From a virus (lineage: Duplodnaviria > Heunggongvirae > Uroviricota > Caudoviricetes): 64,000 bases of DNA. The stretch is from the IMG/VR virus record IMGVR_UViG_3300043803_001772. One strand, written 5' to 3'. A model generated the notes under the pieces. That model saw only the letters and a list, made by a program, of their open reading frames with translations. It had not been told where the DNA came from and ran no database searches. This document shows, in pieces, positions 64,000 through 64,000 of this stretch. Position numbers and translations under genes: made by a program. How positions within the stretch are numbered: position 1 is the stretch's first letter; every line of letters begins with the position of its first letter.

Positions 64000-64000
64000 A

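Noticed and set aside
1-64000. Eukaryotic giant-virus (chlorovirus or mimivirus-like) origin suggested by collagen-like repeats, GIY-YIG, dCMP deaminase and DNA ligase
   Set aside because: Shine-Dalgarno sites, sigma70 -35/-10 promoters, hairpin plus T-run terminators, ATGA-type overlapping gene junctions and a T4-Pnk-like kinase all point to a bacteriophage.

Overview
This window looks like part of a large, AT-rich tailed bacteriophage genome. I reject a eukaryotic giant virus: genes are preceded by Shine-Dalgarno-like AGGAG/AAGGA sites, there are sigma70-type TTGAC(T/A)-N17-TAnnnT promoters, and there are hairpin plus T-run intrinsic terminators.

Coordinates 1-16010 are an almost purely plus-strand early/nucleic-acid-metabolism module:
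- A T4-Pnk-like polynucleotide kinase overlaps a calcineurin-type phosphoesterase.
- Also present are an SPFH lipoprotein, a free-standing GIY-YIG homing endonuclease abutting an RNA ligase, an ATP-dependent DNA ligase, and a dCMP/cytidine-deaminase-like protein.
- A DUF262/ParB-like protein and a string of small overlapping ORFs complete the arm.
- Two oppositely oriented inserts sit inside it: a secreted EF-hand protein (1403-1717) and a Mom-like putative DNA-modification enzyme (9528-10241).

Coordinates 16007-63999 are one minus-strand block of about 48 kb, with almost no intergenic space, devoted to virion, tail-fibre and adhesin genes:
- Five glycine-rich beta-helix-like paralogs.
- A family of fibres sharing an N-terminal 'RITDL...KKISxxDL' anchor.
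- Giant proteins of 0.8-1.6 k aa built from proline-free collagen-like (G-T/S-S)n tracts and a recurring 'TGSTYPITSSW' 20-aa repeat.
- Laminin_G_3 (ConA-like lectin) modules, IPT/TIG-like domains and YG-type beta-propeller-like repeats.
- Two clusters of three standalone LamG paralogs.
- A 2OG-Fe(II)-oxygenase-like plus sulfotransferase-like gene pair inserted between a duplicated fibre cassette.
- At the far end, a HAD phosphatase, a lysine-rich protein and a small GNAT-like protein.

No tRNA, CRISPR array, integrase, transposase or reverse transcriptase was recognised. All functional calls are by eye from motifs, with no database search, and should be confirmed with HMM or structure tools.
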